A stretch of 64,000 bases of DNA, taken from the NCBI GenBank assembly GCA_020438395.1, contig JAGQUR010000012.1, positions 10,837 to 74,836 on the forward strand, written 5' to 3'. A model generated the notes under the pieces. That model made no database searches and had not been told where the DNA came from. It saw nothing but the letters and a program-made list of their open reading frames with translations. Within the stretch, counting starts at the first letter, position 1. Each line of letters opens with the position of its first letter. Positions 18,609 to 27,362 of the stretch are shown one piece after another. The stretch comes from Solirubrobacterales bacterium (GTDB lineage Bacteria; Actinomycetota; Thermoleophilia; Solirubrobacterales; 70-9). The translations under genes and the position numbers were made by a program.

Positions 18609-19634
18609 GTGAGGTCGCTGACCGGGCATCCGATCGGTCACAATCACGCCGTGCCTTACCTCCACGACTGGAGTCCGGCCCTGCGTCGGAGCCTCCCCCA
18701 TCTGCGACTCGGCTCGGGTCCGACTCCGGTGAGAAGGCTGGCCGGCCTTGAATCGGGGGCCGGGGAGATCTGGCTCAAGGACGAGAGCGGCTTTGGCGAG
18801 GGAGGCTGGGGCGGCAACAAGGTCCGCAAGCTCGAGTGGCTGCTTCCGGACGTGAAGCGACGGGGCCGGAAGACCATCCTCACCTTCGGGGGCCTTGGGA
18901 CCAACTGGGGCCTGGCGACCGCTCTCTACGGCAGGGAACAGGGAATCCACACCGCCCTAGCCCTGATCGACCAGCCCCGCGACGCGCATGTGGAGGCACA
19001 GCTGAAGCGGTTGGAAGATTCAGGAGCCACTCTGCATTTCACGCGGACCAAAAACCGCACGATCGCGCTGGCTCCCTGGCTGATCGCACGGCATTCCAGC
19101 GGGCTCAGGCCACCGTACATCCTTCCTTCCGGCGGATCGTCGCCGCTCGGCTCGCTTGGCTACGTGGAGACGGCATTCGAGATCGCCGCCCAGGTCGAGG
19201 CGGGAGACCTGCCGGCGCCCGGCATCGTGGTGGTCCCGACCGGTTCCGGAGGCACGGCCGCCGGCCTCGCACTCGGATTCGGTCTGGCCGGCCTTCCGAC
19301 CCGGGTGATCGGGGTCATCGTCACCGAGCACCTGCGCCTCGATGACCGGGCGATCGCCAGGCTGGCCGGCAAGAGTGCGGCGCTGCTGAGAAAACGCGGG
19401 GCGTCGTTCAGGGAGCCCGAGCTCAATCTGGAGATGACGATCGACTGGATGGGCGAAACATACGGCGCCCCTACTCCCGAGTCGGAGCGGGCGATCGAAC
19501 TGACCCGAGCCGAGGGCCTCGAACTCGACCCGGTCTACACGGCGAAGGCGATGGCCGCCCTTCTCGACAAATCAAGAGCCGGCGACTTCGACGCTCGCCC
19601 GGTTCTCTTCCTGAATACCAACGGGCCTCGCTAG
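18609..19634 (+). CDS. PLP-dependent ACC deaminase / D-cysteine desulfhydrase family enzyme
   Basis: The PLP-lysine motif GGNKVRKLEWLL and VVPTGSGGTAAG are present. Confidence 0.8.
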   Translation: MRSLTGHPIGHNHAVPYLHDWSPALRRSLPHLRLGSGPTPVRRLAGLESGAGEIWLKDESGFGEGGWGGNKVRKLEWLLPDVKRRGRKTILTFGGLGTNWGLATALYGREQGIHTALALIDQPRDAHVEAQLKRLEDSGATLHFTRTKNRTIALAPWLIARHSSGLRPPYILPSGGSSPLGSLGYVETAFEIAAQVEAGDLPAPGIVVVPTGSGGTAAGLALGFGLAGLPTRVIGVIVTEHLRLDDRAIARLAGKSAALLRKRGASFREPELNLEMTIDWMGETYGAPTPESERAIELTRAEGLELDPVYTAKAMAALLDKSRAGDFDARPVLFLNTNGPR

Positions 19635-19651
19635 CGGGACCCGCCCGGCCC

Positions 19652-20341
19652 TTACCCGAAGAGGGTGAGGTCCGGTTCTCGTTCTCCCCGGAGGACGGCG
19701 AGATCTACTTCCACGCAGGCTATGTCGCGGCCTTCGGCCAGGGTTCTGGCCTGCGGTTTGATCGACTGGGCGGCGAGAACGCCGCGGCAGTCGGCCATGG
19801 TCGGCTCGTTGTGGATCCGCTCCAGGTAGCGGGTGATCTGCTCGACCGCCTCGATCGTCCCGACCCGCTTGATCTCGACCGCCACCCATCGCTCATCCGG
19901 GTCCTTGCACATCAGGTCCACCGGGCCGATGTCCGTGAACCACTCCCGCTTGACCAGCCTGAGGCCTTCGCCGCACCAATGCGGCTGTTCGGCCAGCAAC
20001 TCCTGAAGGTGCGCCTCCACCCCATCCCGTTCCAGCGCTGCCGCTTCGCCCATGTCATGGGTGACGTCGGAGAGCACTTCGGCGATCTTGATCTCGACCC
20101 GGTCCTCGGTCGCCCCCGCGTGCTTGGTCACGACGATCCTGGCCGGTTCCTCACCTTCGGCTGCGAGCTCCTCGATCGTGGTCGGCGGGGTCATCCAGTT
20201 CTGTGGCTTGTAGCCGCCGGTGTCGGCGTGGATCATCACCGAGCCGTCCGACTTGATCATGACCAGACGGAGTGCCTCCGGCAGGAAAGTCTCCAGCCGC
20301 CCGGTGTAACGGGCCTCGCAGCGGGCAACGATCAGACGCAT
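19652..20341 (-). CDS. nucS: Endonuclease NucS (EndoMS)
   Basis: MRLIVARCEARYTGRLETFLPEALRLVMIKSDGSVMIHAD... and ...DLMCKDPDERWVAVEIKR are present. The start is at ATG 20341. The ORF-track start at 20560 is an upstream extension. Confidence 0.9.
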   Translation of the reverse strand: MRLIVARCEARYTGRLETFLPEALRLVMIKSDGSVMIHADTGGYKPQNWMTPPTTIEELAAEGEEPARIVVTKHAGATEDRVEIKIAEVLSDVTHDMGEAAALERDGVEAHLQELLAEQPHWCGEGLRLVKREWFTDIGPVDLMCKDPDERWVAVEIKRVGTIEAVEQITRYLERIHNEPTMADCRGVLAAQSIKPQARTLAEGRDIACVEVDLAVLRGEREPDLTLFG

Positions 20342-20357
20342 CGCGAGAAGCCTAGCC

Positions 20358-21047
20358 TCAGGGCAGGCGCCAGTCGATCGGCTCGGCACCCTGCTCGACC
20401 AGCAGCTGGTTGGCGCGGCTGAAGGGACGCGAGCCGAAGAAGCCGTTGTGGGCGGCCATCGGGCTCGGATGGGCAGATTCGATTCGCGGCACCTGACCGA
20501 GCAGGGGCGCGAGGTTCCGGGCGTTACGGCCCCAGAGGATCGCGACCATCGGCCCGCCACGTGCTGCCAATGCCGTGATCGCCTGTTCGGTGACCGCCTC
20601 CCAGCCCTTGCCCTGATGGGCGTTGGGGCGACCGGGCTGGACCGAGAGCGAACGGTTCAGGAGCAGCACGCCGCGGTCGAACCAGGGCGAGAGATCACCG
20701 TTGGAAGGCGACGGGTAGCCGAGGTCGTCGCTGTATTCCCGGAAGATGTTGACCAGGCTCGGCGGCAGAGGTCTCACGTCCGGCGCGACTGAGAAACACA
20801 GGCCCACCGCGTGGCCGGGGGTCGGGTAGGGGTCCTGGCCGACGATCAATACCCGCACCCGATCGAGCGGCAAGGTGAAGGCCCGCAGAATGTTTTCCCC
20901 GGCCGGCAGGTACCCGCGCCCGGCGGCAGCTTCACCGCGCAGAAAGTCCCCCATATCCGAAATCTGCCCGGCCACCGGCTCAAGGGCCTCGGCCCAACCG
21001 GGGTCGATCACTTCTCTCAGGGGAGGCGCCGGCATCCGACCGAGCAT
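20358..21047 (-). CDS. ung: Uracil-DNA glycosylase, family 1
   Basis: [28 protein letters not shown] and AHPSPMAA are present. The start is ATG 21047 or 21035. The ORF maximum is 21134. Confidence 0.85.
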   Translation of the reverse strand: MLGRMPAPPLREVIDPGWAEALEPVAGQISDMGDFLRGEAAAGRGYLPAGENILRAFTLPLDRVRVLIVGQDPYPTPGHAVGLCFSVAPDVRPLPPSLVNIFREYSDDLGYPSPSNGDLSPWFDRGVLLLNRSLSVQPGRPNAHQGKGWEAVTEQAITALAARGGPMVAILWGRNARNLAPLLGQVPRIESAHPSPMAAHNGFFGSRPFSRANQLLVEQGAEPIDWRLP

Positions 21048-21123
21048 AGGCGGAGAGGCGGTTGAATTGTCCGCGGTGACGCTGCTAGGTTGGAACAAAG
21101 GTGAACCGGGATCGGGGGATTCG

Positions 21124-23046
21124 ATGTCAGGCATGGTTTTGGCGCGAAGTGAAGGTCGGACCAGGCGGTTGATCGGGGTAGCGGCGGCTCTCGGGTTTGC
21201 CTTTCTCCTGTGGGCGTCAGGAGCAAGAGCAGCGACTGTGAGCTTCTATGCCGCACCGACCCCTTCGGGGGCGGCCGACTGCTCCACACCCTCGGATGCC
21301 TGTTCGATCATTGACGCCGTCACGGCCGCCAACGGGGCGTCGGTCTCCGATCAGGTGGACCTTCTGCTCGACAAGGGCGTCTACCAGCTTGCGACCGCCA
21401 ACCCTACGGCTCTGGTGGTTACCTTCGCCGGCCCGGGCCTCACTATCGAAGGCCGCAACGGCACCCCCACCCTGAACGGCACCAACACGCAGCGGATCAT
21501 GTCGATCGATGCGGCATCGACCGTCGCCATCGACGGGATCGAGTTCGAACATGGCCAGAGCACCGGCCCGGGAGGGGCGATCCAGAATGGCGGAACGCTC
21601 TCGATCGAAAACTCGAATTTCGCTTCCAATACCGCTGCGAACGGGGGCGCCATTGCGAGCAACGCGGGGTCGACGCTCATGGTTTCCGATACGAGTTTCT
21701 TGCAGAACGCCACGACCGGCATCGGCGGTGGGGCGGTCATTTCCTACAGCACGACGACAATCGAGCGTTCAGCAATCTTCAACAGCACCGCGCCAATCAA
21801 CGGTGGAGGACTGAATGTTCAGCCCGGAGGCAGTCTGACCCTCGCCAACTCGACGGTGGCGAACAACGTCTCGGGCAGTCTCGGCGGTGGCATCTCCAAC
21901 CTCGGGGACCTCAAGGTCTACGGCTCGACGGTCATCAACAACAGGGGTTCTGACGGATCGGCGATTGCGACCGGAAGCCCGAATGTGACCCTGGCGGCCA
22001 GTCTGCTCACTTCATCGTCACCCAACGGCTCCTGCAATGGAGCAACTCCAACTGACGCCGGATACAACATCGACGACGACGGCACCTGCATCTCTCCCAC
22101 CATGCCCGGAACGGGAAGCCACGCCGGCACCACCGCCTACGGCTCCTCCACCTACGGGGAAGTGCTCGATTCCTATCTCGCCGATGTGGCTGCCTTCAAC
22201 GGGGGCCAGAGCAGGACCTTCGCGCTGCTGAACAGCCCGGATCCGGCAACCGACCTGGCCAACCCGGCGCTGGCCGTGGTTCCGACCGATTACGACTTCC
22301 CCACCCCGGTCAGCGGGGAGTCCAACGCCTGCTCCCTGGCCGACCAGCGGGGCGTATTGCCTGCCGCGGGAATCGCCTGTGACATGGGCGCCTATCTGCT
22401 CCAGCAGACCGAGATCGAATTGACGGCCTCGGCGAGCAGCGTCGAGCAGAACCAGCCGGTGACCTACACCGCGACGATCACGCCGGCGCCCGACGGCGGC
22501 ACCGTCTCCTTCGACGATGGTGCGGGAAACCCAGCCACCGTCAACTGCCCCGCGGAGTACCTCGCGAACGGGGCCGCAACGTGCACGGTCTCGTACCCGG
22601 ATCCGGGCACCTACCCGGTCACCGCGTCCTACACCGGCGACGGGGACCGGAACAACTTCACCGCCTCGCAGTCGGTCGTTCCGACCAACGTGACGACCGA
22701 GGTGACCCCCACCCCGCCGCCGGTTGTCGACCGTCCGCTGCGCCTGCTCGGAGCGATCAAGTTCCCGAAGAACGGATACAACAAGATCAGGGTGAAGATC
22801 CCGGCCGCCGGTCAGGTGGAGTTGATCGGCTACAAGAGAGTGAAGGGTTCCAGCGCCCACTTCGATCAGGCCGGGACCTATCTGATCAAGGCCGTCCCGA
22901 AGGGCCCGCTGCTGCGCAAGTTGAACCGTCGGGGGAGCGGCCGGGCCCTGGTCAAGATCAAGTACACCCCTGACGAGGGAAGAATGATCGCGAAGAGCGT
23001 CGTCTACCCGTTCGTGAAGAAGATCCAGGTCAGCCGACGAACCTGA
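21124..23046 (+). CDS. Secreted right-handed beta-helix repeat protein with Ig-like and basic C-terminal domains
   Basis: A signal/TM segment [23 protein letters not shown] is present. There are repeated GGAI.N.G.L...S.F..N units and an Ig-like segment ([22 protein letters not shown]). The C-terminal ~100 aa are Lys/Arg-rich. Confidence 0.7.
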   Translation: MSGMVLARSEGRTRRLIGVAAALGFAFLLWASGARAATVSFYAAPTPSGAADCSTPSDACSIIDAVTAANGASVSDQVDLLLDKGVYQLATANPTALVVTFAGPGLTIEGRNGTPTLNGTNTQRIMSIDAASTVAIDGIEFEHGQSTGPGGAIQNGGTLSIENSNFASNTAANGGAIASNAGSTLMVSDTSFLQNATTGIGGGAVISYSTTTIERSAIFNSTAPINGGGLNVQPGGSLTLANSTVANNVSGSLGGGISNLGDLKVYGSTVINNRGSDGSAIATGSPNVTLAASLLTSSSPNGSCNGATPTDAGYNIDDDGTCISPTMPGTGSHAGTTAYGSSTYGEVLDSYLADVAAFNGGQSRTFALLNSPDPATDLANPALAVVPTDYDFPTPVSGESNACSLADQRGVLPAAGIACDMGAYLLQQTEIELTASASSVEQNQPVTYTATITPAPDGGTVSFDDGAGNPATVNCPAEYLANGAATCTVSYPDPGTYPVTASYTGDGDRNNFTASQSVVPTNVTTEVTPTPPPVVDRPLRLLGAIKFPKNGYNKIRVKIPAAGQVELIGYKRVKGSSAHFDQAGTYLIKAVPKGPLLRKLNRRGSGRALVKIKYTPDEGRMIAKSVVYPFVKKIQVSRRT

Positions 23047-24244
23047 TCGGCCCGATGCCCGGAGGAGGCTCCTTGCGGGAGAAGTCGAAGACCAGGTCGG
23101 GGTTGTTCAACACTTCATCTCCAACCTTGGGGGTCTCGCCCGGACCGTAATGCCTGCCATCGAGCGGCCAGTCGTATCCCTCCAGCTCGTCCGAGCCGAT
23201 TCCGAGGATCTCGCCGGTCTGCTCACGATGGTCGAGGATCGCTTCGAGGCCGTAGCGCTGGACGGGACAGACCTTCATGCAGACGGCGCAGCCGCTGGCC
23301 TGGGCGACGACCGGCAGGCAGCGAACCGTGTTCAGCTTCGACTTGACGACTCCCCGGTAGGGCCTGCGGGTCTGGGGGATCGCCCCGACCGGACAGTTCC
23401 GGACGCAGGCCTTGCATTCATCACAGACCTTGTGCAGGCCGTAGTCGACGGGACTGTCATGAGTCAACGGGGCGTCGGTAGTCAACAGCAGGATGCGGCA
23501 TCTGGAGCCGGCCTCCGGGGTGAGAAGCTGACCGTTCAGCCCCAGTTGCCCCAGCCCGGATGCCACCCCGTAGTGAATCGTGATCGCGTCACCGGGGAAG
23601 CCCTGAGGCGCCGCGTCGAATCCCATTCGTTTGAGGAACTCTGCCAGCTGGGCTGCCCTGGTCATCCCTTCGGAGTAGCCGTACATGGCCGACTTCTCGG
23701 CCTCGTCACTGGGGATCATCTGGGTCAATTCCCAGTCCTGCTCGACCAGACAGACCACCACGTTCGGCAGCTGTTTCGCATCAGACTCGGGGAAGGTGTA
23801 CTTCGGATCGTTCGGCGCTATGCCGATCCGGCTCAGTCCGATGCGTTCGGCCTCCAGGCGGAGGATCGAGGTCATCTCGGCAGCGCTCGCGGGGCTCCGG
23901 TTCGGGCTGGGACGAAAGCGGGTCGCTCGACGGATCCGGTGGACTCCCCTGGCCAGCCTGGTGAAGGTCGACTGGAGAAAGCCCCTGCCGTGGGCGACGA
24001 TGAACTCGCTTGCCTCCGGGTGAACGCTGAAGAACTCGTGCAGCGGCTCCTCCCTCGCGATCCGCTCTTCTTCAACCGGATCGCGAAGTTCGCCCGGGGA
24101 GGTGAGCAGATCCTCCGGGATCTCCCGCTCGAAGGGATCCCACGGCGGAGGCACGGGCGGAGCACCGCTGCGATCGGGCAGGAACCTCAGGACGGTCAGG
24201 ATTTTCACCTGATACCTGCGACGAAGGCGGCGGCCCAGGCTCAT
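23030..24244 (-). CDS. 4Fe-4S dicluster protein of the QueG / reductive-dehalogenase-like superfamily
   Basis: Two ferredoxin-type motifs are present, CDECKACVRNCPVGAI and CAVCMKVCPV. The convergent 17-nt overlap with the previous gene is noted. Confidence 0.6.
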   Translation of the reverse strand: MSLGRRLRRRYQVKILTVLRFLPDRSGAPPVPPPWDPFEREIPEDLLTSPGELRDPVEEERIAREEPLHEFFSVHPEASEFIVAHGRGFLQSTFTRLARGVHRIRRATRFRPSPNRSPASAAEMTSILRLEAERIGLSRIGIAPNDPKYTFPESDAKQLPNVVVCLVEQDWELTQMIPSDEAEKSAMYGYSEGMTRAAQLAEFLKRMGFDAAPQGFPGDAITIHYGVASGLGQLGLNGQLLTPEAGSRCRILLLTTDAPLTHDSPVDYGLHKVCDECKACVRNCPVGAIPQTRRPYRGVVKSKLNTVRCLPVVAQASGCAVCMKVCPVQRYGLEAILDHREQTGEILGIGSDELEGYDWPLDGRHYGPGETPKVGDEVLNNPDLVFDFSRKEPPPGIGPIRFVG

Positions 24245-24367
24245 TGATTCAAGCTAACCCACCCCTTTGTGGTTTACAAGCGGCGCATTGTTCCGGAGCT
24301 CATGTTCCTTCAAAGCGAGCGCAGATCCCGTGACACGGACGAAAACCTCTTGTAGTTTGATCAACAG

Positions 24368-25123
24368 GTGGAACCCGTCCTCTGGCACATAACGATTTCG
24401 CATTTCAACGAGAAGGTGCGATGGGCGCTGGAGTTCAAGGAGATTTCCTATCGGGCCCGGGCACCGTTGCCCGGCATGCATATGGCGGTGGCCCTATTTC
24501 TGACCCGGGGCCGGCAGTACACCTTCCCGGTGATCGATTTCGGTGATGAGCGCGTCGGCGGGTCGACCGCGATCATCGAGGCCCTCGACCAGCGCTACCC
24601 GGCACGGCCGCTGGTGCCCGAACCGGGGAAAGACCGGGACCGGGCGCTCGCATTGTCGGCCTGGTTCGACGATGAACTCGGGCCCTACGTGAGGCAGTAC
24701 GTGTTTCACGAGTTGATCCTTGACCCGGAATGCTTCGAAGAGGTTTTCTCCCAGGCGGCTCCCGGCCCGTTTCGGAAGATCGGACCCGGCGGCGAGAAGG
24801 TAATTCGTACGATCGTCGGCAGTCGCTACGGAGCAATGAGCGGAGAAGGAGCTGTCGAAGCACGGGCAAGAGTCCTCGCCGGGTTCGATCGTCTCGAATC
24901 GGAACTCGGTGATGGCGACTACCTGGTCGGCGACCGCTTTGGCGTCGCGGACATCTCCGCAGCCTCGCTCCTTTACCCGATCGTGGGCCCGCCAGAGTCG
25001 TTTACGACTTTCGACAGGATGCCCGAACCGGTTGAGCACCTTCGCCACGAGTTGAGCGATCGTCGCGGCTTCAAATGGGTCGAGGAAATGTTCCGTCGAC
25101 ACCGCCGACCAGCCGCGGCCTGA
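24368..25123 (+). CDS. Glutathione S-transferase family protein
   Basis: A thioredoxin-like N-domain (LWHITISHFNEKVRWALEFKEI...FPVIDF...STAIIEALD) and a helical C-domain are present. The start is GTG. Confidence 0.75.
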   Translation: MEPVLWHITISHFNEKVRWALEFKEISYRARAPLPGMHMAVALFLTRGRQYTFPVIDFGDERVGGSTAIIEALDQRYPARPLVPEPGKDRDRALALSAWFDDELGPYVRQYVFHELILDPECFEEVFSQAAPGPFRKIGPGGEKVIRTIVGSRYGAMSGEGAVEARARVLAGFDRLESELGDGDYLVGDRFGVADISAASLLYPIVGPPESFTTFDRMPEPVEHLRHELSDRRGFKWVEEMFRRHRRPAAA

Positions 25124-25136
25124 CTTTCCGAAGAGG

Positions 25137-25190
25137 GGTGAGCGACGGGGATCGAACCCGCGACCGCCTGGACCACAAGCCCAGACGGCT
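25137..25190 (-). other. 3' portion of a tRNA gene without a 5' half (candidate att remnant; tRNA-His-like)
   Basis: The minus strand reads ...TTGTGGT-CCAGG-CGGTC-GCGGG-TTCGATC-CCCGT-CGCTCAC-C. This gives an anticodon-loop-like GUG, a 5-nt variable loop, a canonical T-arm, the acceptor 3' strand and C73. The required 5' acceptor strand GTGAGCG is absent from the next ~100 nt. An alternative fold reads UGU. Confidence 0.6.
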
Positions 25191-25350
25191 GGCTTGATAT
25201 CTCCGAAAACATGCCTATTTGCAGGAGTTTTATGCCTGTCCTACCCGCCGATTCGAATGCAATATTCGTCGATTCCGGGGGATGCCCCGGGGTTCCGGGC
25301 ACTGTTCGGCAGGAGTGCCTGAAATTGCCGCCTGATCTCGAACCGCGGGG

Positions 25351-26004
25351 TCAAGCGGCTGTGGCGAGTGGCGGTGCTGAGGCCGATCCGCCGCCTCCGA
25401 CGACCAATGCTTCGATCGTCTCTTCGAGCGTTGCTGCTGACCGTTGAAAGCTGGCAGTCAAGGTGTCCGCGACGTCCATTGCCTCTTCGGAGCGATGACC
25501 GTAAAGCCTCATGATCGTGTCGAACCTCTCTACAAGCCACTCGATACTCCGCGGTTCTCCGATCACGTAGAGCATTCCTATCGGGCTACCCATATCTTCT
25601 ATTTCGGCAGGGGAGCGAGAGCGGTCCGCCAACGCCAGCACGATCTTCGCGCGCTTCTTGGTTCCCAGGATCGTGAGGCGATTGTCAGCAATCAGCGTCG
25701 AGAGCGCGGCCTGCATCTCGGCTTTCTCGTACCCGCCATGCGCAGCTGCCACCGCCATGTCGGCATCTACTTGCGCCGCCCCGACCATCCCAGAGATGAA
25801 GAAGCCGGCGACATTGACCATGACGAAGATCAATAGTCCGATCCAACCCAGCTGGACGATGGAGATCCCCAGGGCGACGAACTCGAATAGAGAAAGCGCC
25901 GCCCCAACGGGTGTCGACCATCCGAGCTTCTTCGCCCGCGTCCAAAGCAAAGCCAGCGAGGCGACAAGAGTGACTATTGAGAACGCGGTAAGCACGACTC
26001 CCAT
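25351..26004 (-). CDS. Hypothetical membrane protein (3 TM + soluble C-terminal domain)
   Basis: The N-terminal hydrophobic segments are VVLTAFSIVTLVASLALLW, GAALSLFEFVALGISIV and IGLLIFVMVNVAGFFISGMV. No family was recognised. Confidence 0.5.
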   Translation of the reverse strand: MGVVLTAFSIVTLVASLALLWTRAKKLGWSTPVGAALSLFEFVALGISIVQLGWIGLLIFVMVNVAGFFISGMVGAAQVDADMAVAAAHGGYEKAEMQAALSTLIADNRLTILGTKKRAKIVLALADRSRSPAEIEDMGSPIGMLYVIGEPRSIEWLVERFDTIMRLYGHRSEEAMDVADTLTASFQRSAATLEETIEALVVGGGGSASAPPLATAA

Positions 26005-26063
26005 CGTGCCACTCGGTCCGGATTATCCGTCATCCGAAGCCCCTGGTGTAGTAGAGCCAAGCG

Positions 26064-26828
26064 ATGCGTGACACGGATCGAAAACTGCTTTGGGGAAAAG
26101 CTGCGGGACGATGTTCGATATGTGAATCACCGCTCTCGCAGAGTCCCACCGCCGAAGGCGACCCGGAGATCGTCATCGGCGACGAAGCCCACATCGTGGG
26201 CGCCAGACCGGGAGCAGCCCGATATCGCCTCTTGCCGGATCCTGAGCGAGATGGGTACTCAAACAGGATTCTGCTCTGTCCGAACGATCATCGGACGATC
26301 GACCGACAGCCGGAATCATGGCCCGAGGATCGCCTTGTCCAAGTCAAGCAGCAGCACGAGCAAGAGATGCATAAGCGCACGGGCCACGCGGACGTCACCG
26401 AGCCATTCAAGGTAGCTCAGCCTGAACCGTTCGAGATGCCGCCGCTGTACTCGGGCAAAGCAGTCGCCAACGTCATAGGCGGCGCCGGTCTACATCACCT
26501 CGAGTACGACGAACCGAAGAACACCGACCAGCGGGATGCCACCAGATCCTTCATTACCGCCGCGTCGGATTGGATGGACGTCTGGGACATGATCGGCACA
26601 TATGGGCGATTTGATGTTGAGGAGAACATGGACCGCCTGAACTCGGATCTCCACGCTGTCGGTCTGGTCGCTTACGGAGCCCAGACCGATGTCAAGGTTG
26701 ACTTCTGGGGCAGCGAAAGCCACATGCGACTCGCAGCTATATGGGTTCGACGGATGGACCTAGTCGCCGAAGAACAACGGACAGGGCAACAACCCACTCC
26801 CCCATCCGGCGACGGAGTTGTCCTGTAG
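26064..26828 (+). CDS. HNH endonuclease domain fused to an unknown ~150-aa C-terminal domain
   Basis: GRCSICESPL...DEAHIVGARPG...NRILLCPNDHRTID gives the CxxC / H / N / H pattern. The C-terminal half has no recognisable motif. Confidence 0.6.
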   Translation: MRDTDRKLLWGKAAGRCSICESPLSQSPTAEGDPEIVIGDEAHIVGARPGAARYRLLPDPERDGYSNRILLCPNDHRTIDRQPESWPEDRLVQVKQQHEQEMHKRTGHADVTEPFKVAQPEPFEMPPLYSGKAVANVIGGAGLHHLEYDEPKNTDQRDATRSFITAASDWMDVWDMIGTYGRFDVEENMDRLNSDLHAVGLVAYGAQTDVKVDFWGSESHMRLAAIWVRRMDLVAEEQRTGQQPTPPSGDGVVL

Positions 26829-27041
26829 CTCCTCCGTCGTTCAGCGAATCGACACGAATCCACCTTCAGGCATCGATATGAGTCTCTGCGGCGCGGTGAA
26901 TCACACCAGGAGAGATCGAAGCGCGCATGGAAACTCCTCAACTTCGCACTCGGCCCTTTGCCACAGGAGCTAGAAGTTCAAGGACTGGGCGGCCCCAGCA
27001 TGCCGCAGTCCGTGTTGCCGCTAGTCAGAAGAGCGCTTGTT

Positions 27042-27275
27042 CTTCCACGGGGGCGGCTCGTGGGTCTCTCTCAGCGAGCGATGAGGGCCATCTACCAGAA
27101 CTTGGCGTTCTCGCTTGGAGTGCTCGCGATCGCCGTCGGACTCACGATCGCGCAGATCCTCAACCCGGCTACGGGTGCACTCCTTCACGAACTCTCCTCA
27201 ATCCCCGTGATTGCCAATTCGGCTCGACTCATAGGACTCCACGAGCGGACCTCACCGCCTGGCACCGGCAAATAG
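27042..27275 (+). pseudogene. Remnant of the C-terminal two TM helices of a P1B-type ATPase
   Basis: ...GLSQRAMRAIYQNLAFSLGVLAIAVGL...ATGALLHELSSIPVIANSARL aligns by eye with the C-terminus of the 61180-63123 ATPase (RRATRISRQNLIFSVILLAV...AVAVHEIAELLAVSNGVRA). No upstream ATPase domains are present. Confidence 0.55.
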
Positions 27276-27362
27276 CAACGAACCGAATCTGGTGGCCTCG
27301 GCAAGCGTCAGGCAGTACGAACCACGAGCACGTCAGCAGCCCTCTCCGTCAGCCGACGCGAG

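Noticed and set aside
25137-25225. A complete tRNA gene on the minus strand.
   Set aside because: Only the T-arm, the acceptor 3' strand and an anticodon-loop-like segment are present. The 5' acceptor strand (GTGAGCG) and a D-arm could not be found in the next ~100 nt. The anticodon-stem 5' strand pairs only in a shifted register that gives an atypical UGU/G37 loop and a 6-nt variable loop.
26044-26058. GTAGTAGAGC half-site upstream of the HNH gene, identical to the right arm of the dyad at 61078-61098.
   Set aside because: No matching CTAC left arm occurs at the N5 spacing, so a half-site alone is not counted as an operator.
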